From the NCBI GenBank assembly GCA_026398635.1, contig JAPLSM010000045.1, forward strand, positions 1 to 59,189: a stretch of 59,189 nt of DNA, written 5' to 3'. This stretch comes from Spirochaetota bacterium. GTDB lineage: Bacteria; Spirochaetota; Spirochaetia; SZUA-6; Fen-1364. Shown here one piece after another: positions 54,508-59,189 of this stretch. The translations under genes were made by a program, and so were the position numbers. The notes beneath the pieces were generated by a model that did no database searches, was not told where the DNA came from, and saw only the letters and a program-made list of their open reading frames with translations. Position 1 is the stretch's first letter. The number at the start of each line of letters is the position of its first letter.

Positions 54508-55854
54508 TCAATCCACCGTAAAGGACACGTCGTTGTCGGCGGGCTCGAGGTCGGTGCCGATCGCATCAAGGAGCTGCCGCGCGGCCGCCTCGGCGAGGCG
54601 GGACCACGGACCCAGCACCGACCGGTCCACCGGTGCGACCGGCCCTGGTTCGTCCCCCGCAAAAAAGGCGGAGAAGGCCACGACCACCCTGCGGGCGATG
54701 GCAAGCGCCGGCTCCCCGTGGACGCCCCGGCGCGCCAGCAATGCCAGGGCCTCGTCCCGCAACCCTTCGGCGAGCCGCAACTCCGCGTGGGAAGCGAACG
54801 TTGCGCCCCGGGACGGGGTGACCGTCACCCGCCGGCTCGAGATCCTGACCGCCGCGCCGGGACCGACCTCGACGAGCCGCCAAGGATTCGGCCACGACAC
54901 GAGCGAGCCCGTCTCCACGTCCCAGACCGGGCCCTCCGCGGTCGTGCCCCGGACGATGTCCTGCGCATGGACGTGCCCCGTGAAGGCGAGGTGGACCCCC
55001 GCGCCGGCCAGGAACCGTGCCGCGGCATCGTGACCGTCGAGCAGGTAGGCGTCGAGCCATCTCTCCATGCCTGCGAAGTGCGGTATCACGGCGTGGTGGA
55101 GGAACACGATCGTCGCGGCCCCGTCGGCTCGCGCGCGCGCGAGCACTCGAACCGCCCATGCCCGGGTCGCCCGCGGCAGCCTCCCGTCGGTCCGCGGACT
55201 GCCCGGCTCCCCGAGGTACCGGCACGCGTCGAGCGCGAGCACGCGCAGGCCGGGCACCGGTTCGGCGACGTAGCTGAGCGAGGCGGGATCCCGCTCGAGC
55301 GCCTCCCGGTAGCCGAGGTCTGCGTGGATGGCCGCGAAATCTTCCGGCGTGACACCGGCGACCGGCTCGGCTGTCTCGCCCGAGAAACGCGCGGCCCGGG
55401 GATTGAGCACGTCGTGATTCCCCGGCACCACGAGCACCGGTACACCCGCCGCGTCGAGCCTGCCGAGCATCGCCGCGGCCAGCTCGTGCGCGGAACGCTC
55501 CCCATCGTGGGTGAGGTCGCCGCAGACGAGGAGGAAGTCCGGGCGCTCGGCCGCGATGTCGGCGAGAGCCTGCGCGAGGATCTCCCGGCTCTCGGCGTAG
55601 AGCTTCATGTCGGAGTCGACGGCCCGGTCGAACGCCGGACCGGGCGAGCTCGTGGTGACGTCGAACAGGTGGGGGTCCGCGATCACCGCGAACCGGATGG
55701 CTGGATAGCCGACGGGTGCCGGAGACGGCCCGGCGCCCGGCCCGGCCGTCGCGCATCCCGCGAGGAGCGCGGCAAGCGCCAGGACAGCCGCGGGCAGGGC
55801 GCGACGCCGCCCGGTCTCGGACCTGACCGTACCCCCCGCCGTCTGCCCTTTCAC
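54508..55854 (-). CDS. calcineurin-like metallophosphoesterase lipoprotein
   Basis: lipobox LLAGC; DPH, GDLT, PGNHD, HH, TGHVH; GGAGG RBS before GTG. Confidence 0.88.
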   Translation of the reverse strand: MKGQTAGGTVRSETGRRRALPAAVLALAALLAGCATAGPGAGPSPAPVGYPAIRFAVIADPHLFDVTTSSPGPAFDRAVDSDMKLYAESREILAQALADIAAERPDFLLVCGDLTHDGERSAHELAAAMLGRLDAAGVPVLVVPGNHDVLNPRAARFSGETAEPVAGVTPEDFAAIHADLGYREALERDPASLSYVAEPVPGLRVLALDACRYLGEPGSPRTDGRLPRATRAWAVRVLARARADGAATIVFLHHAVIPHFAGMERWLDAYLLDGHDAAARFLAGAGVHLAFTGHVHAQDIVRGTTAEGPVWDVETGSLVSWPNPWRLVEVGPGAAVRISSRRVTVTPSRGATFASHAELRLAEGLRDEALALLARRGVHGEPALAIARRVVVAFSAFFAGDEPGPVAPVDRSVLGPWSRLAEAAARQLLDAIGTDLEPADNDVSFTVD

Positions 55855-55910
55855 CCGGCGCCTCCCTTGCCTGCCGGCCCTGTTGTCCCTTACCCTGCGG
55901 GGAACGGCCC

Positions 55911-55980
55911 GGCGACGCTCGCGACATCCATGTCGGCGTCGCCCTCCGCCCATCCGTGGGCTAGGGGCGACGCGGCGATC
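55911..55980 (+). repeat. family B-like palindrome
   Basis: GGCGACGC..GACATCCATGTC.GCGTCGCC..GCCCATCCGTGGGC: same two RTCCNT-loop hairpins with different stem sequences. Confidence 0.55.
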
Positions 55981-56044
55981 GTTCCCCAGCGTGCCGGCCT
56001 TGTCAAGCGAGCGGTGCGGTCTCAGGCGCCGGGGAGGACTCACC

Positions 56045-57868
56045 ATGTGTGGGATTTTCGGGTACGCGGGCGAGGGCGTGACGTCCGCGGTGCTCGTCGA
56101 GGGCATCAGGCGGCTCGAGTACCGCGGTTACGATTCCTGGGGGCTCGCCCTGGCCTGCGACGACGGGATCGCCCTGCTGCGCCGGGTGGGCAGGATCGGC
56201 AGCGCGGAGGACACGGCCCTCGACGGCTGCTCGTGCCGGGCCGGCGTGGCGCACACCCGGTGGGCCACCCACGGCGCCCCCACGGAGGAGAACGCGCACC
56301 CCCACCGCGACTGCACGGGGCGCATCGCGGTCGTCCACAACGGCATCATCGAGAACCACGCCGCGCTGCGCGCGCGCCTCCAGGGACTCGGGCACGTCTT
56401 CGCGAGCGAGACCGACACCGAGGTGATCCCGCACCTGATCGAGGAGATGTGGAAGACCGAGCCGGATTTCGGCGAGGCGTTCCTCGCTGCGGTGCGCCTG
56501 CTCGTGGGCACCTTCGGCATCGCGGTCGTGCAGGCGGACGCTCCCGACCGGCTCTGGGCCGCCCGGCTCGGCAGCCCGATGGTGCTCGGCCTCGGGAAGG
56601 GCCGGACCCTGCTCGCGAGCGACCCTGCGCCCCTCGTCGCGCATACCCGGGAGGTGATCTACCTCGACGACGGCGAGATCGCCGTCCTCACGAGCGACGG
56701 GTTCGAGACCCGCACCCTCGAGGGCGGCACCGTGACCAAGCCGGTCCAGCGGATCGCCTTCGACCTCCCCGCCATCGAGCGCGGCGGCTTCCCGCACTTC
56801 ATGCTCAAGGAGATCCACGAGCAGCCGGAGAGCCTCCGCAACGCCTTCCGGGGGCGGATCGTGCGCGCGGAGGGCACGGCGAAGCTCGGCGGCGTCGAGC
56901 CGCACCTGCTGCGGTCGGCGAAGCGGTGCCACATCGTCTCCTGCGGCACGTCGCTCAACGCGGGGCTCATCGGCAAGTACCTCCTCGAGCAGCTCGCGCG
57001 CCTGCCGACCCAGGTGTCCAACGGAGCCGAGTTCCGCTACGCGCAGCCGGTGGTCGAGCCGGACACGCTCGTCATCGCGATCAGCCAGTCGGGCGAGACC
57101 GCGGACACTCTCGGCGCCGTGCGCGAGGCCAAAATGCAGGGCGCCTCCGCCGTGGGCATCTGCAACGTGGTCGGCTCGACGATCGCGCGCGAGTGCGGGC
57201 AGGGAGTCTACATCCACGCGGGCCCCGAGATCGGTGTGGCCTCCACCAAGGCGTTCACGAGCCAGCTGGTGGTGCTGGCCCTGCTCGCGGTGCACCTCGG
57301 CCGCATGCGCGGCCTGAGCCTCCGCGCGGGGCTCCAGTACCTCGACGCCATCGAGTGCCTGCCCGCGCAGGCCGCCCGCATCCTCGAGCGCGAATCGGAG
57401 CTGGCCGAAATGGCGGGCCTGCTCGCGCGCGCGAGCCACGTCCTCTACTGCGGACGGCTCTACGAGTGGCCCGCGGCGCTGGAGGGCGCGTTGAAGCTGA
57501 AGGAGATCTCGTACATCCACGCCGAGGGCGTGCAGGCCGCCGAGCTCAAGCACGGACCCATCGCGCTGGTGGAGCCCGACGTGCCCGTCGTGGTACTGGC
57601 CGCGCAGGCGGCGGTGCGCGCGAAGACCCTCGGGAACATCCACGAGATACGGGCCCGGGGCGGGCGGGTGATCGCGCTGATCCGGGAGGGCGACGGCGAG
57701 GCAGCCGCGCTCGCCGAGCGGTCCTTCGCCGTACCCTCGACCCTCGACCCGCTTCTGCCCGTGCTCGAGGCCATCCCGCTGCAGCTGCTCGCCTATCACG
57801 CCGCGGTCGCGCTCGGCCGTGACGTGGACCACCCCCGCAACCTCGCGAAGAGCGTCACGGTGGAATGA
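56045..57868 (+). CDS. glmS: glutamine--fructose-6-phosphate aminotransferase
   Basis: MCGIFG, LEYRGYDS, HTRWATHG, HNGIIEN, SQSGETADT, GVASTKAFT, PRNLAKSVTVE. Confidence 0.97.
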   Translation: MCGIFGYAGEGVTSAVLVEGIRRLEYRGYDSWGLALACDDGIALLRRVGRIGSAEDTALDGCSCRAGVAHTRWATHGAPTEENAHPHRDCTGRIAVVHNGIIENHAALRARLQGLGHVFASETDTEVIPHLIEEMWKTEPDFGEAFLAAVRLLVGTFGIAVVQADAPDRLWAARLGSPMVLGLGKGRTLLASDPAPLVAHTREVIYLDDGEIAVLTSDGFETRTLEGGTVTKPVQRIAFDLPAIERGGFPHFMLKEIHEQPESLRNAFRGRIVRAEGTAKLGGVEPHLLRSAKRCHIVSCGTSLNAGLIGKYLLEQLARLPTQVSNGAEFRYAQPVVEPDTLVIAISQSGETADTLGAVREAKMQGASAVGICNVVGSTIARECGQGVYIHAGPEIGVASTKAFTSQLVVLALLAVHLGRMRGLSLRAGLQYLDAIECLPAQAARILERESELAEMAGLLARASHVLYCGRLYEWPAALEGALKLKEISYIHAEGVQAAELKHGPIALVEPDVPVVVLAAQAAVRAKTLGNIHEIRARGGRVIALIREGDGEAAALAERSFAVPSTLDPLLPVLEAIPLQLLAYHAAVALGRDVDHPRNLAKSVTVE

Positions 57869-57872
57869 CCGC

Positions 57873-59117
57873 ATGAAAACCCGCATCGTGCTGTTCGAGG
57901 ACCAGTTCCTTCCCGACATGAGCCCCGTCACCCTGACCCGCCCGGCGTTCGCCGTCACGTGCGCCTGTCTCACGCTGTGGGAGGTCGCGTCGGCGGCGGG
58001 GGAGGCGTCCTGGCTGGTGCGGGGCCACCTCGAGAAGATCGCCGCGCGCCGCTTCGGCGCTGCAGCGGCGTTCCGCGGAGGCGAGATCGGACAACCGACG
58101 CTGTTCCTGAACGCATCGGTCGTCCCCGACGCGCGCTACGCGCCGCGCATCGGCGAGCTCGCCGACGCCGGCAGGCCGTTCGTCTGCACGGCCGGCCGGC
58201 GGGTGTCGGCCGCCCTCGTACCCGCCGGCACAAGGGCGCCCGATCCCCTGACCGCCGAGGCGGTCACGCCGTGGCTGCTCGAGCTGAAGCTCCCGCTGTC
58301 GCCGGAGGAGACGTTCCGGACGCTCGACCACACGTTCGAGCTGGTGAAGCATCTCGAGGAGCTTTTTCCCGGCAATCTCGCCTTCCGGATAGGCCGGGAC
58401 GGGTTCCGGGAGGTGCGGCCCGGCGTGTTCGCCGCGGAGGGCGTCACGATCGCCGACACGGCCGTGTTCCACGTGAAGGCCGGCCCGGTGGTGCTCGACC
58501 GGGACGCGGTGGTCGGGGACTTCTCCTACTTCGAGGGGCCCGTCTACGTCGGTCCCCGGGCCCGGCTGATCGAGCGGGCGTCGCTCAAGGGCTTCGTGTG
58601 CGTGGGCGCGGTGTGCAAGATCGGCGGCGAGATCGAGGCGAGCGTGATCGAGCCGTACACGAACAAGCAGCACCACGGGTTCCTCGGCCACTCGTGGATC
58701 GGTTCGTGGGTCAACCTCGGCGCGGGCACCAGCAACAGCGACCTCAAGAACACCTACGGCGAGGTGCGGATCGAGTTCCCCCACCGGCGGGTGGACACGG
58801 GCATGCAGTTCCTCGGGTGCATCGTCGGCGATTTCGCCAAGAGCGCGATCAACACCAGCATCTTCACCGGCAAGGTGATCGGCGTGGCGAGCATGCTCTA
58901 TGGGTTCGTCGGCTCGAGCGTGCCGAGCTTCTGCAACTACGCCCGGTCGTTCGGCCAGATCACCGAGTGCCCCCTGGAGCAGGCGCTGCTGATCCAGAAG
59001 CGCATGTTCGCCCGGCGCGGGATCGAGCAGACCCCTGAGGACGTGGAGCTGCTGCGCGCGGTGTTCGAGATGACCCAGGGGGAGCGGCTCCTGTCCGACG
59101 AGCCGCCGTCGCTGTGA
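57873..59117 (+). CDS. GlmU-related sugar nucleotidyl/acetyltransferase-like protein (NTP_transf_4 plus left-handed beta helix)
   Basis: LFED....P.T.TRP, hexapeptide repeats, CKIGGEIE.S, NKQHHGFLGHS.IG.WVNLGAGTSNSDLKNTYG. Confidence 0.8.
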   Translation: MKTRIVLFEDQFLPDMSPVTLTRPAFAVTCACLTLWEVASAAGEASWLVRGHLEKIAARRFGAAAAFRGGEIGQPTLFLNASVVPDARYAPRIGELADAGRPFVCTAGRRVSAALVPAGTRAPDPLTAEAVTPWLLELKLPLSPEETFRTLDHTFELVKHLEELFPGNLAFRIGRDGFREVRPGVFAAEGVTIADTAVFHVKAGPVVLDRDAVVGDFSYFEGPVYVGPRARLIERASLKGFVCVGAVCKIGGEIEASVIEPYTNKQHHGFLGHSWIGSWVNLGAGTSNSDLKNTYGEVRIEFPHRRVDTGMQFLGCIVGDFAKSAINTSIFTGKVIGVASMLYGFVGSSVPSFCNYARSFGQITECPLEQALLIQKRMFARRGIEQTPEDVELLRAVFEMTQGERLLSDEPPSL

Positions 59118-59189
59118 ACCCGGCCCCCGCTGCGGCCCTGCTCGAGCGCATCGCCGGGGCGGTCGTCGCCAACGCCGCCGAGGGCCGCG
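59114..59189 (+). CDS. start of the next gene in the glmS operon (3' truncated, product unknown)
   Basis: GTGA overlap with the previous stop; open frame VNPAPAAALLERIAGAVVANAAEGR to the window end. Confidence 0.45.
   Translation, partial: MNPAPAAALLERIAGAVVANAAEGR

Noticed and set aside
55960-56044. glmS ribozyme upstream of glmS
   Set aside because: No AGCGCC...GACGAGG core is recognisable and the leader is too short; the upstream hairpins belong to repeat family B
54325-57822. 1165-aa ORF and other long alternative-frame or antisense ORFs (e.g. 30817-33366, 44362-46512, 14972-16942, 56003-57973)
   Set aside because: Arg/Gly/Pro-rich shadow frames of well-supported genes, expected in high-GC DNA; no family motifs

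Overview
GC-rich (roughly 70% by eye) bacterial chromosomal segment, most likely from an anaerobic Spirochaetota member. This is an inference from the archaeal-type UMP kinase, tRNA-Arg(TCG), the lolA-rodZ-rimO order and spirochaete-like hypothetical proteins. Housekeeping content: a five-tRNA cluster, tig-clpP-clpX-lon, pyrH, serA, rimO, pcrA/uvrD, folE2, rplM-rpsI-recX and glmS. Accessory content: a YtrA-type GntR/ABC operon, a class III nucleotide cyclase, a PlsC-DAGK fusion, a divergent sugar/amino-sugar catabolic locus with a disrupted DegT aminotransferase, and an ArsR/P1B-ATPase plus two-component metal module. I see no CRISPR array, integrase or transposase. The most unusual signals are below gene level. 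(1) A 50-nt three-hairpin element (GNRA loops, covarying stems) occurs in three full copies; two sit in the RTCCNT loop of a second palindromic repeat family, and one nested copy is translated in frame inside rimO. (2) Many genes have a sigma70-like -10 box 5-8 nt before the start codon and no Shine-Dalgarno, suggesting widespread leaderless mRNAs. (3) There are unannotated, translationally coupled small ORFs and a probable CTG start. (4) An orphan ribbon-helix-helix protein carries an AT-hook/histone-H1-like tail and has its own palindromic operator. All product calls come from motif recognition by eye, not database searches.
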